A DNA stretch of 64,000 bases, from positions 9,229-73,228 of the forward strand of contig DASRGB010000021.1 of NCBI GenBank assembly GCA_035651255.1. The letters are read 5' to 3'. Below the pieces are notes generated by a model, which saw only the letters and a program-made list of their open reading frames with translations, made no database searches and was not told the DNA's origin. Shown here one piece after another: positions 29,076-38,722 of the stretch. The first letter of the stretch is position 1. Each line of letters begins with the position of its first letter. This DNA comes from Pseudolabrys sp. (GTDB lineage: Bacteria > Pseudomonadota > Alphaproteobacteria > Rhizobiales > Xanthobacteraceae). A program made the translations under genes and the position numbers.

Positions 29076-31055
29076 ATGACCGCCCCCCACGGCCACCCGG
29101 CGTCCTCCGGCGACAAACCTGCCGTTTCCGCAAGCCGCGGCGCGCTGCTGCGCACGCTGGTGCATTTGTGGCCCTATATCTGGCCCGCCGACCGGCGCGA
29201 CCTGAAGCTGCGCGTGCTCGGCGCCATGGTGCTGTTGCTCGCGGCCAAGCTTGCCACCATCGCCGTGCCCTTCACCTTCAAATGGGCGACCGATGCGCTC
29301 GCCGGCCACGGCACCGCGCCGGTGGGCGCCTCGGACTGGTTCGCCTGGGCGCTCGCCGCGCCGCTCGCCATGACCATCGCCTATGGCGGCATGCGCATCC
29401 TGATGGGCGCGCTGACGCAGCTGCGCGACGGCGTGTTCGCCAAGGTCGCCATGCACGCGGTGCGGCGGCTCGCCACCCGCACCTTCATCCACATGCACGA
29501 GCTGTCGCTGCGCTTCCACCTCGAGCGCAAGACCGGCGGCCTGACGCGCGTTCTGGAGCGCGGCCGCAACGGCATCGAGACCATCGTGCGCATGGTCATC
29601 CTGCAGCTGGCGCCGACCATCATCGAGCTCGCGCTGATCCTGGCCGTGCTGATGTGGCATTTCGACTGGCGCTACGTGCTGGCGATCCTGGTCACCGTCG
29701 CGGTCTACATGACCTACACCTACCACGCCACCGAATGGCGCATCGGCATCCGCCGCAAGATGAACGACAGCGACACCGACGCCAACGTCAAGGCGATCGA
29801 CTCGCTGCTCAATTACGAGACGGTGAAGTACTTCAGCGCCGAACAGCGCGAGGCCGCCCGCTACGACCGCTCGATGGCGCGCTACGAGGATGCCAGCGTC
29901 AAGGCCTACACCTCGCTCGCCGTGCTCAATGCCGGGCAGGCGGTGATCTTCACCATCGGGCTCGCCAGCGCCATGGTGCTGTGCGCCACCGAGATCGAGG
30001 CCGGCAGCAAGACGGTCGGCGATTTCGTGCTGATCAACGCCATGATGATCCAGCTCTACCAGCCGCTCAATTTCATGGGCATGGTGTACCGCGAGATCAA
30101 GCAGGCGATCACCGACATCGAGATCATGTTCTCGATCCTTGGCCGCGAGCCGGAGGTCAAGGACGCGCCGGACGCCCGGCCGCTCAAGGTCGGCAAAGGC
30201 GACATCCGCTTCGACAACGTCGTCTTCTCCTACGAGCCCGGCCGCCGCATCCTCAAGGGCATCAGCTTCGCGGTGCCGGCGGGCAAGACGGTGGCCGTGG
30301 TCGGCCCCTCCGGCGCCGGCAAGTCGACGATTTCGCGGCTCATCTACCGCTTCTACGACCTGTCCGGCGGGCGCATCACCATCGACGGCCAGGACATCGC
30401 CAGGGTGACGCAGAAATCGCTGCGCGAGGCCATCGGCATGGTGCCGCAGGACACCGTGCTGTTCAACGACACCATCCGCTACAACATCCGCTACGGGCGC
30501 TGGGACGCGAGCGACGCCGAGGTCGAGGAGGCGGCGCGGCTGGCGCAGATCGACGGCTTCATCCGCCTCGCGCCCAAGGGCTACGAGACCGAGGTCGGCG
30601 AGCGCGGCCTCAAGCTTTCCGGCGGCGAGAAGCAGCGCGTCGCCATCGCCCGCACCATCCTCAAGGCGCCGTCGATCCTGCTGCTCGACGAGGCGACCTC
30701 CGCCCTCGACAGCCACACCGAGAAGGAAATCCAGGACGCGCTCGAGCGCGTCTCGTCCGGCCGCACCACGCTCGTCATCGCGCACCGGCTGTCGACCATC
30801 GTCGGCGCCGACGAGATCGTCGTGCTCGACCAGGGCGAGATCGTCGAGCGCGGTACGCACTACGAACTGCTGGCCAAAAACGGCCTCTACGCCAGCATGT
30901 GGAACCGGCAGCGCGAGGCCGAGGAGGCGCGCGAGAAGCTCGCCCGCGCCGCCGAGGACGAGGCCGCGCCCAACCGCAACCCGCCGCCGCTGGCGGAGGA
31001 GGAGCTCGCCGCTCCCCAGGCGCCGGCCGATCTGCCGGCGGATGCCGCCGAATAA
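29076..31055 (+). CDS. ABCB family exporter, ATM1/HMT1-like
   Basis: FHLERKTGGL, NYETVKYF, GPSGAGKST, LSGGEKQRVAIAR. Confidence 0.93.
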   Translation: MTAPHGHPASSGDKPAVSASRGALLRTLVHLWPYIWPADRRDLKLRVLGAMVLLLAAKLATIAVPFTFKWATDALAGHGTAPVGASDWFAWALAAPLAMTIAYGGMRILMGALTQLRDGVFAKVAMHAVRRLATRTFIHMHELSLRFHLERKTGGLTRVLERGRNGIETIVRMVILQLAPTIIELALILAVLMWHFDWRYVLAILVTVAVYMTYTYHATEWRIGIRRKMNDSDTDANVKAIDSLLNYETVKYFSAEQREAARYDRSMARYEDASVKAYTSLAVLNAGQAVIFTIGLASAMVLCATEIEAGSKTVGDFVLINAMMIQLYQPLNFMGMVYREIKQAITDIEIMFSILGREPEVKDAPDARPLKVGKGDIRFDNVVFSYEPGRRILKGISFAVPAGKTVAVVGPSGAGKSTISRLIYRFYDLSGGRITIDGQDIARVTQKSLREAIGMVPQDTVLFNDTIRYNIRYGRWDASDAEVEEAARLAQIDGFIRLAPKGYETEVGERGLKLSGGEKQRVAIARTILKAPSILLLDEATSALDSHTEKEIQDALERVSSGRTTLVIAHRLSTIVGADEIVVLDQGEIVERGTHYELLAKNGLYASMWNRQREAEEAREKLARAAEDEAAPNRNPPPLAEEELAAPQAPADLPADAAE

Positions 31056-31058
31056 GCC

Positions 31059-31757
31059 ATGTCGATCGCCAACTCGATCCGTTCCCAGCTCGTCCCGATC
31101 ACGCCGGAGGGCTATCCCTTCATCGGCGCCTTCGCGCTGGCGAGCCTGATCCTGTTCTGGATCTGGACGCCGCTCGGCTGGATCGGAACAGGACTTACGT
31201 TGTGGTGCGCGTTATTCTTCCGCGACCCGCCGCGCGTGACGCCGGTGCGTGACGGGCTGGTGGTGGCGCCGGCCGATGGACGCATCAGCCAGATCACCGC
31301 CGCCGCGCCGCCTCACGAGCTCGGCCTCGGCGCTGCGCCGCTGCCGCGCATCTCGATCTTCATGAGCGTGTTCGACTGCCACATCAACCGCAGCCCGGTG
31401 GCAGGCCAGGTCGAGAAAATCGTCTATCAGCCCGGCAAGTTCTTCAACGCCGACCTTGACAAAGCGAGCCTCGACAACGAGCGCAATTCGCTGGTGATCG
31501 CGACGGGCGCGGCCCGCGTCGCCGTGGTGCAGATCGCCGGCCTCGTCGCCAGGCGCATCGTCTGCTTCGTCAAGGCCGGCCAGTCGATCGCTGCCGGCGA
31601 GCGCTTCGGCATGATCCGCTTCGGCTCGCGCCTCGACGTCTACCTGCCGGAAGGCGTGACGCCGCAGGTCGCGGTCGGGCAGACCGCGATTGCCGGCGAG
31701 ACCGTGCTCGCCGACCTGCGCCAATCCGACGCCGTCCGCGCCTTCCGGGCCGGCTGA
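31059..31757 (+). CDS. psd: Phosphatidylserine decarboxylase proenzyme
   Basis: [27 protein letters not shown] autocleavage motif. Confidence 0.95.
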   Translation: MSIANSIRSQLVPITPEGYPFIGAFALASLILFWIWTPLGWIGTGLTLWCALFFRDPPRVTPVRDGLVVAPADGRISQITAAAPPHELGLGAAPLPRISIFMSVFDCHINRSPVAGQVEKIVYQPGKFFNADLDKASLDNERNSLVIATGAARVAVVQIAGLVARRIVCFVKAGQSIAAGERFGMIRFGSRLDVYLPEGVTPQVAVGQTAIAGETVLADLRQSDAVRAFRAG

Positions 31758-31780
31758 GCGCCGGCCCGGCAATGCCGCGG

Positions 31781-33034
31781 TCAGGATTTCGCGTAGGCCT
31801 GGCGTAACGGCTTGAGCGCGACCAATGCCAGAATCCCCGTGATCGCATCCATTGCGATGATGATGGCGAACACCGGCAGCCAACTGCCGGCCATGTCGTG
31901 CAGCAGCGCGGCGAGCGGGCCGCCCAGCACCGAGCCGATGCCCTGCGCCATGTACAGCACGCCGTAATTGGTCGTGCCGTATTTGGTGCCGAATGTGTCG
32001 GTCAGCGTCGAGGGGAACAGCGAGAAGATCTCGCCCCAGCCGAAGAACACCACGCCCGACAGCAGCACGAAGGCGAGCGTGTTATCGCGCAGCAGCACCA
32101 TCGCGCCGACCGCCGCCGCCTCCATCAGGAAGGCGAGCGCCATGGTGTTCTCGCGGCCGATGCGGTCCGACACCCAGCCGAAGAACGGCCGCGTCAGGCC
32201 GTTGGTGATGCGGTCGAGCGTCAACGCGAACGGCAGAGCGGCCAGGCCGAGGACCATCATCTTGGTCACGCCGAAATCGGTCGAAAAGGCTGCGAATTGC
32301 GAGATGATCATCAGGCCGCCGGTCGACATCATGGTCATCATCGCAAACATCAGCCAAAAGACCGGTGTGCGGATCATCGCGGCCGGCGCCACGTTCTTTT
32401 TCGACGTCGTGATGGCGGCGGCCGGCAATTTTTCGTTGGATTGCGGCATGCGCATCGCCAAAGCCGCGAGCGCTCCGACAATGCCGAGAATGAAGCCGAA
32501 CACCACCAGCGTGTGCTGATAGCCGGCGGTTGCCAGCATGGTGTTGATCGGGAAGGTCGTGACGATGGCGCCGAAACCGTAGCCGGCCGCCACCATGCCG
32601 GTGGCGAAGCCGCGCCGGTCCGGGAACCAGCGCACCATCAAGCCGATAATGCCGATATAGACGATGCCGGTGCCGACCCCGCAGAGCAGGCCATAGGTCA
32701 GATAGAGGCCGGTCAGGCTCGTCGCATAGGCCGACGTGATCCAGCCGGCGCCCGACAGGGCGCAGCCGAAGGCGATCAGCAGGCGCGGGCCGAATTTGTC
32801 GATCAGGTACCCTTGCAATGGCGATAGCCAGGTCTGCAGCACGATCAGGATCGAAAAGGTGATCTGGATGGCGGGAAGCGTGGTGCCGATGGTCGTCTGA
32901 AATGATTTCGTAAACAGCGTCCAGACATATTGCGGGCTGGAGATCGACATCATTGCGATGACGCCAAGCACCAGCTGGACCCATCGCGCGGATGCGGTCG
33001 GCACCGCCAAAGGCTGGGTGATGGAGACGGACAT
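31781..33034 (-). CDS. Oxalate/formate antiporter family MFS transporter (OxlT/OFA)
   Basis: SSPQYVWTLF, WFPDRRGFATG, RPFFGWVSDRIGRE, GWGEIFSLFP; start MSVSIT after a GAGGAG RBS. Confidence 0.88.
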   Translation of the reverse strand: MSVSITQPLAVPTASARWVQLVLGVIAMMSISSPQYVWTLFTKSFQTTIGTTLPAIQITFSILIVLQTWLSPLQGYLIDKFGPRLLIAFGCALSGAGWITSAYATSLTGLYLTYGLLCGVGTGIVYIGIIGLMVRWFPDRRGFATGMVAAGYGFGAIVTTFPINTMLATAGYQHTLVVFGFILGIVGALAALAMRMPQSNEKLPAAAITTSKKNVAPAAMIRTPVFWLMFAMMTMMSTGGLMIISQFAAFSTDFGVTKMMVLGLAALPFALTLDRITNGLTRPFFGWVSDRIGRENTMALAFLMEAAAVGAMVLLRDNTLAFVLLSGVVFFGWGEIFSLFPSTLTDTFGTKYGTTNYGVLYMAQGIGSVLGGPLAALLHDMAGSWLPVFAIIIAMDAITGILALVALKPLRQAYAKS

Positions 33035-33273
33035 TACAGGCTCCTCATTTCCGTCCGGCCGCCTCAACCAAGCAAAATGCGGACCAGCCGGACGAAAGTC
33101 GAATGGGCCCGGTTTCCGGCGAAAACCTCCGCTGTTGGCGAAAACCGAGGCCACGGCCGATCGGTGCCGTGCTTCGATTTGCAGCGATTGCATAAGAATT
33201 CGGCGGTATTAGATATTCACCAACCGCTGCGACTGCGCTGCCAGGAAAATGCGCAATCTGCTATAGGGAACTC

Positions 33274-34170
33274 ATGGTCTTTCCGCCGTTCGATCCGACG
33301 CCGCCGTCGTCGCCGCACCGCCGCCGTTTCCGGCAGATTCCGGTGCGCGTGCTGCTGCCCAATCTGATCACGCTGCTGGCGCTCTGCGCCGGGCTCACCG
33401 CCATGCGCATGGCGGTCGAAGGCAATACCCAGCTGGCGCTCGCTGCCATCGTGTTCGCCGCGCTGCTCGACGGCGTCGACGGCCGGCTCGCGCGCATGCT
33501 CAAGGGCACCTCGCGCTTCGGCGCCGAGCTCGACAGCCTCGCCGACTTCGTCAATTTCGGCGTGGCGCCGGCGCTGATTCTGTATTTCTGGGGCCTGCAC
33601 GAGCTGAAGTCGGCGGGCTGGATCGCGGCTCTGGTGTTTGCGATCTGCGCCGCGTTGCGGCTGGCGCGTTTCAACGTGATGATCGACGAGCCCAACCAGC
33701 CGATCTGGGCCGGCAATTTCTTCACCGGGATTCCGGCGCCGGCCGGCGCCATCACCGTGCTGCTGCCGATCTACCTCGACCTGCTTGGCGCGCCGGCCGG
33801 GCTGGTCGTGATCTGGCTCGCCTTCTTCTACACGCTGGCGATTGCGATGCTGATGGTGTCGCGGCTGCCGGTGTTCTCCGGCAAGCGCGTCGGCAAGCGC
33901 GTGCCGCCGGAGATGGTGCTGCCGGTCTTTGTTGTCGTCGTGCTGTTCTTTGCCCTGCTGATCAGCTACCCGTGGGTGGTGCTGACGCTCGGCACGCTCG
34001 CCTACCTCGCCTGTCTGCCGCTCGGCTGGCTGTCCTACCGCAATTATCAGCGCAAGGACGCCGAGGCCGTCACCGCTGCGGCAGCGCCGGCGCAAGGCGA
34101 GGGGGCATCGGCTGCGCCCCAGCCGCCCGATCTCGGCGGCGACGACGAACGTCCGGCACGTCTGAACTGA
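33274..34170 (+). CDS. pssA: CDP-diacylglycerol--serine O-phosphatidyltransferase
   Basis: DGVDGRLAR...G.ELDSLAD CDP-alcohol phosphotransferase motif; FTGIPAPA. Confidence 0.94.
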   Translation: MVFPPFDPTPPSSPHRRRFRQIPVRVLLPNLITLLALCAGLTAMRMAVEGNTQLALAAIVFAALLDGVDGRLARMLKGTSRFGAELDSLADFVNFGVAPALILYFWGLHELKSAGWIAALVFAICAALRLARFNVMIDEPNQPIWAGNFFTGIPAPAGAITVLLPIYLDLLGAPAGLVVIWLAFFYTLAIAMLMVSRLPVFSGKRVGKRVPPEMVLPVFVVVVLFFALLISYPWVVLTLGTLAYLACLPLGWLSYRNYQRKDAEAVTAAAAPAQGEGASAAPQPPDLGGDDERPARLN

Positions 34171-34195
34171 GGCGGCAGCCCGCGCCCGTGGGGCG

Positions 34196-34858
34196 TCAGC
34201 GGTTGCGGTAGCCCTGGGTGCCGAACGGATAGCCGGGCATCAGATCGTAAGGGTGCTTCCAGCCGGGCAAAGCCTGCATGCGCTTGAGCCAAGCGCCGAT
34301 CGCCGGGTGATCCTTGGCGATATCGAAGCCGAATTCTTCCGCTGGGTAATACAGGTAAGCTGTCATCGAAACGTCGGCGATGGTCGGCCTGTCGCTCGCC
34401 AGAAAGTGCCGGCCGCTGAGCCGCTTGTTGACGATGGCGAGGCTGGCGTCGATGCGGCCTTTCAAGAACGCCATCACTGCGGGGTCGCCGGCAGGCTTGG
34501 CAAAGTTCTTCAGGAAGCGGAACGGCCCGAGAAAACCGTTGACCTTCTGATTGTCGAAGATGATCCAGCGCAGCGCCTCCAGCTCCTCGTCCTCGCCCTG
34601 CGGTTTGAACTTGCCGCTGTGGTTCGATAGGTAAGTCAGGATCACGCCAGACTGCGTGAGCTTCTTCTTGCCGTGCACCAGCACCGGCGCTTCGCCCATC
34701 TCGTTGATGGTCTCGCGAAACTGCGGTGTGCGCTGCGGCGCCGTGCCGAAGAAATCGACCCAGACCGGCTCCCAGTCGGCGCCGATCAAGTTGAGCATCA
34801 GCGCGGCGCGGTAGGCGTTGCCGGATTGCGCGAAGCAGTAGAGCTGGTATTCGGCCAT
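34196..34858 (-). CDS. Glutathione S-transferase family protein
   Basis: SGNAYR, NEMGEAPVL, LTQSGVIL, PTIAD. Confidence 0.9.
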   Translation of the reverse strand: MAEYQLYCFAQSGNAYRAALMLNLIGADWEPVWVDFFGTAPQRTPQFRETINEMGEAPVLVHGKKKLTQSGVILTYLSNHSGKFKPQGEDEELEALRWIIFDNQKVNGFLGPFRFLKNFAKPAGDPAVMAFLKGRIDASLAIVNKRLSGRHFLASDRPTIADVSMTAYLYYPAEEFGFDIAKDHPAIGAWLKRMQALPGWKHPYDLMPGYPFGTQGYRNR

Positions 34859-34870
34859 GGCGTTTTCCGT

Positions 34871-35257
34871 TCAGCGTTGCAGGGTCAGCGGCGTGCCGGC
34901 GGTCGACTTGCCGGTGAAACGGCCGTCGCCCAAGGCGAGCTGGCCGAGCGGCTGGTTGTCCTCGTCGGCGATGGTCAGCGTCAGCGTGTCCTGGGTGAAG
35001 GTCCAGCGCCGGCTCATGTAGAAATTGCCGGGGCAGCCGCCGTCGGGCGTGACCGTGCCCTGCGGCTGACCGGGAACGCCCTGGAAGTCCATGCCGCAAG
35101 GCGGCGCATTGGGCGCCGACAGCATCCAGCGTCCGGTCATGTCGCTCTGCGGCAGCGGCGTCGGCGGGGCCGGGCCCTGCTCGGTGGCGCAGGCGCCGAG
35201 CGCCAATGCCGCGGCGATGCTCCCGGCCATGCGCGCCGCCCCCATGCGGCCGCTCAT
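34871..35257 (-). CDS. Lipoprotein, AprI/Inh (Omp19-like) protease inhibitor domain
   Basis: Lipobox LGAC, MTGRWML, GGCPGNFY..RRW; ATGA overlap with the mmsA stop. Confidence 0.7.
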   Translation of the reverse strand: MSGRMGAARMAGSIAAALALGACATEQGPAPPTPLPQSDMTGRWMLSAPNAPPCGMDFQGVPGQPQGTVTPDGGCPGNFYMSRRWTFTQDTLTLTIADEDNQPLGQLALGDGRFTGKSTAGTPLTLQR

Positions 35258-36750
35258 TTCATCGTCGGGATCACGAATTCGGCGCCGGACTTGATGCCGG
35301 ACGGCCAGCGCGAGGTCACCGTCTTGGTCTTGGTGTAGAAGCGCACCGAATCCGGGCCGTGCTGGTTGAGGTCGCCGAAGCCGGAGCGCTTCCAGCCGCC
35401 GAAGGTGTAATACGACAGCGGCACCGGAATCGCGAAGTTGACGCCGACCATGCCGACATTGACGCGCTGGGCGAAATCGCGCGCGGCGTCGCCGTCGCGG
35501 GTGAAGATGGCGACGCCGTTGCCGTATTCGTGCTCGGAGGGCAGCCGCACCGCCTCCTCGTAGTCCTTGGCGCGCACCACCGACAGCACGGGGCCGAAGA
35601 TCTCTTCCTTGTAGATCGTCATGTTCGGCTTCACGTCGTCGAACAGACAGCCGCCGATGAAGTTGCCGTTCTCGTAGCCCTGCAGCTTGAAGCCGCGGCC
35701 GTCGACCACGAGCTTGGCGCCTTCCTTGACGCCGGTGTCGATATAGCCGCGCACCTTGTCGAGCAGCGCCCGCGTCACCATCGGCCCGTAGTCGGCCTTG
35801 TCGTCGGTCGAGGGACCGATCTTGAGGCCTTCGACGCGCGGGATGAGCTTGTCGAGCAGGATGTCGGCGGTCTTCTTGCCGACCGGCACGGCGACCGACA
35901 CCGCCATGCAGCGCTCGCCGGCCGAGCCGTAGCCGGCGCCGATCAGCGCATCGACCGCCTGATCCATGTCGGCGTCGGGCATCACGATCATGTGGTTCTT
36001 GGCGCCGCCGAAGCACTGCACGCGCTTGCCGTTGGCGCAGCCGGTCGCATAGATGTACTCGGCGATGGCCGAGGAGCCGACGAAGCCGATGGCCTTGACC
36101 CGCGGGTCGTTGAGCAGGGTGTCGACCGCCTCCTTGTCGCCGTTGACGACGTTGAGGATGCCCGGCGGCAGGCCGGCCTCAAGGAACAGTTCGGCGATGC
36201 GCATCGGCACCGAGGGATCGCGCTCCGACGGCTTGAGGATGAAGGCGTTGCCGCAGGCAATCGCCGGCGCGCACTTCCACAGCGGGATCATGGCGGGGAA
36301 ATTGAACGGCGTGATGCCGGCGACGACGCCGAGCGGCTGGCGCATCGAATAAAGGTCGATGCCGGGGCCGGCGCCTTCCGAGTACTCGCCCTTGAGCAGA
36401 TGCGGAATGCCGCAGGCAAATTCCACGACCTCGACGCCGCGCTGGATGTCGCCGCGCGCATCGGCGATCACCTTGCCGTGCTCGGACGACAAGAGCTTGG
36501 CGAGGTTCTCGAAATCCTTGGCGATCAGATCGAGAAACTTGAACATCACGCGGGCGCGGCGCTGCGGATTGGTCGCCGCCCAGGCGGGCTGCGCGGCCTC
36601 GGCATTGGCGATGGCGTGCTCGACCTCCGAATGCTTGGCGAGCGCCACCTTGGCCTGCACCTCGCCGGTATTCGGGTTGAAGACGTCGCCGAAGCGGCCG
36701 GAGGTCCCCTTGACGGTCTTGCCGCCGATGAAATGTCCGATCTCACGCAT
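35254..36750 (-). CDS. mmsA: CoA-acylating methylmalonate-semialdehyde dehydrogenase
   Basis: GITPFNFPAMIP, KPSERDP, GGAKNH, AGERCMA, EEIFGPV. Confidence 0.95.
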   Translation of the reverse strand: MREIGHFIGGKTVKGTSGRFGDVFNPNTGEVQAKVALAKHSEVEHAIANAEAAQPAWAATNPQRRARVMFKFLDLIAKDFENLAKLLSSEHGKVIADARGDIQRGVEVVEFACGIPHLLKGEYSEGAGPGIDLYSMRQPLGVVAGITPFNFPAMIPLWKCAPAIACGNAFILKPSERDPSVPMRIAELFLEAGLPPGILNVVNGDKEAVDTLLNDPRVKAIGFVGSSAIAEYIYATGCANGKRVQCFGGAKNHMIVMPDADMDQAVDALIGAGYGSAGERCMAVSVAVPVGKKTADILLDKLIPRVEGLKIGPSTDDKADYGPMVTRALLDKVRGYIDTGVKEGAKLVVDGRGFKLQGYENGNFIGGCLFDDVKPNMTIYKEEIFGPVLSVVRAKDYEEAVRLPSEHEYGNGVAIFTRDGDAARDFAQRVNVGMVGVNFAIPVPLSYYTFGGWKRSGFGDLNQHGPDSVRFYTKTKTVTSRWPSGIKSGAEFVIPTMK

Positions 36751-36884
36751 GGTCGTTCCTCCGTATTTTTAAGGGGTCGTTAACTGGCGGACCCTTGCTT
36801 TCGGCAAGTTTTGCAGCTTTTGCGCACCCGGTCACGCCGCGGGCGGCCGATCGCCGCCGGTTTTTCTTTCACCAAAGGTTAGGC

Positions 36885-36900
36885 TTTACCGCCCCTTAAC
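36885..36900 (+). promoter_or_regulatory. CtrA-like box upstream of motA
   Basis: TTTA-CCGCCCC-TTAAC, one mismatch. Confidence 0.45.
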
Positions 36901-36957
36901 GGGGCCCGTCTAGGGTCGGCCCGGCGCGGCGTTTCGCGCCAGTCGTTCCGCGTCGGG

Positions 36958-37761
36958 GTGGGTCAAGTCATGGATATTGCAACAGGTCTAGGCCTCGCAG
37001 CAGGGGCAGCCGTTCTTTGTACGCTGATCCTGCTCGGCGGCGACCTGCGGATGTTTGTCGATCTGCACGCCTTCATCGTCATCTTCGGCGGCTCCTTCTC
37101 CGCCACCTTGATCCGGTTTCCGCTCGCCTCGATCTTCCACGGCCTGCCGCTCGGCGCCAAATTCGCCTTCTCGCTGCGGCGCATGAGCCAGCGCGATCTG
37201 GTCGACGAGCTCGCCGGGCTTGCCGAGATCGCCCGCAAGCAGGGGCCGGTCGGCCTGGAGAAGGTCGAGATCGACGATCCGTTTTTGGCCAAGGGCATCC
37301 GCTATGTCGCCGACGGCTATGACGGCAATTTCATCCGCGACAACCTCGAGCGCGACCGCGACAATTTCCTCACCCATCTCGACGAGGGCCAGAAGATCTA
37401 CCGCGCGGTCGGCGACTGCGCGCCGGCCTTCGGCATGATCGGCACGCTGATCGGCATGGTGCAGATGTTCGCCAACATGACCGACCCGTCCAAGCTCGGC
37501 CCGTTCATGGCGGTGGCGCTGCTCGCCACCTTCTACGGCGCGGCCCTCGCCAACCTCTTGTGCCTGCCGATCGCCGACAAGCTGCATCTCAAGCTGGTCG
37601 ACGAGGAGATCAACCGCACGCTGATCATCGACGGCATCCTGATGATCCGCGAGGCCAAGAGTCCCACTCTGGTGCGCGAAATGCTGCTCGCCTACCTGCC
37701 GGAGAAGCACCGCCACAGCGAGGGCGAAGGCGAGGAAGTCGCCGAGCCCGCGGCCGCGTGA
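36958..37761 (+). CDS. motA: Flagellar stator protein MotA/PomA
   Basis: ARKQG..LE, APAFGMIGTLIGMV, ALLATFYG, EEI..LI.DG. Confidence 0.9.
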   Translation: MGQVMDIATGLGLAAGAAVLCTLILLGGDLRMFVDLHAFIVIFGGSFSATLIRFPLASIFHGLPLGAKFAFSLRRMSQRDLVDELAGLAEIARKQGPVGLEKVEIDDPFLAKGIRYVADGYDGNFIRDNLERDRDNFLTHLDEGQKIYRAVGDCAPAFGMIGTLIGMVQMFANMTDPSKLGPFMAVALLATFYGAALANLLCLPIADKLHLKLVDEEINRTLIIDGILMIREAKSPTLVREMLLAYLPEKHRHSEGEGEEVAEPAAA

Positions 37762-37778
37762 CCTGAAGGCGGCAAACC

Positions 37779-38603
37779 ATGGCGCGGCGCAGGGATGCAG
37801 CACACGGCGGTCACGGCTGGTTCGTCACCTTCGCCGACCTGATGGGCCTGCTGGTCAGCTTCTTCGTGATGCTGGTCGCTTTCTCGACGCAGGATCAGCA
37901 GAAGCTGCAGGTGGTCGCCGGCTCGATGCGGGAGGCCTTCGGCGTGCAGGACCGCGTGCGCTATTCCGGCATCATCGAGGTGCTCGGCCTGCCGACGCGG
38001 CCCAAGCTCAAGAACGCGGCGCACATCGACCCCAAAGATGCCTCGGCCACGCCCTCGCCCGACGAGCACGACAAGGAACGCACCTACGGCGCCCGCTTCA
38101 AGCAGGATCGCGACTTCGCGCTGGCCGCCGCCTCCTTGCGGCAGGCCTTGCAGGACATGCCGGAGATCGCCGAAGCCTCCAAGCACATCATGGTCGAGGA
38201 GACCAAAGAGGGGCTGAACATCGAGATCGTCGATCAGGACGGCCGCTCGATGTTCGCCGACGGCGCCAAGGAGCCCTACGAGCGCACGCGCAAGCTGATC
38301 CAGGCCATGGCGCCCTCGCTCAAGGGCATGCCCTACCGCATTTCGATCACCGGCCACACGGCGGCATCCAACGTGCCTGAGAAGCCGGGCTACGGCGCCT
38401 GGGAACTGTCGGCCGATCGCGCCAATGCGGTGCGCCAGATCCTCGCGGCGGAGGGCGTGCCGTCGAGCCATATCTTCATGGTGGCCGGCAAAGCCGACAC
38501 CGACCCGCTGTTTCCGGACAATCCCAACATGTCGCCGAACCGGCGGGTCACCATCACCTTGATGAAGGAAGCGCCGCCGCTCCCGGCCAATTTCACGCCG
38601 TAA
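37779..38603 (+). CDS. motB: Flagellar stator protein MotB/PomB
   Basis: WFVTFADLMGLLVSFFVML TM motif; OmpA-like WELSADRANAV, NRRV. Confidence 0.92.
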   Translation: MARRRDAAHGGHGWFVTFADLMGLLVSFFVMLVAFSTQDQQKLQVVAGSMREAFGVQDRVRYSGIIEVLGLPTRPKLKNAAHIDPKDASATPSPDEHDKERTYGARFKQDRDFALAAASLRQALQDMPEIAEASKHIMVEETKEGLNIEIVDQDGRSMFADGAKEPYERTRKLIQAMAPSLKGMPYRISITGHTAASNVPEKPGYGAWELSADRANAVRQILAAEGVPSSHIFMVAGKADTDPLFPDNPNMSPNRRVTITLMKEAPPLPANFTP

Positions 38604-38722
38604 CGCGCTGAAATCGCTTGGATTCGGCCGCGGTGGACGGCGCCCAAGCGCGGTATTGTACGGTACCGAGCGGGTGTTATAAGCCCGCGGCTTCACAGCC
38701 ACGGCGGACCGAAATAACGGCA

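Noticed and set aside
29061-31252. Very long alternative-frame and antisense ORFs over the ABC transporter (599 aa, 694 aa), and similar ones over kup, cimA, mmsA, fabF and others
   Set aside because: Shadow ORFs expected from high GC3 codon bias; Arg/Ala/Gly-rich translations with no recognisable motifs, overlapping well-supported genes.
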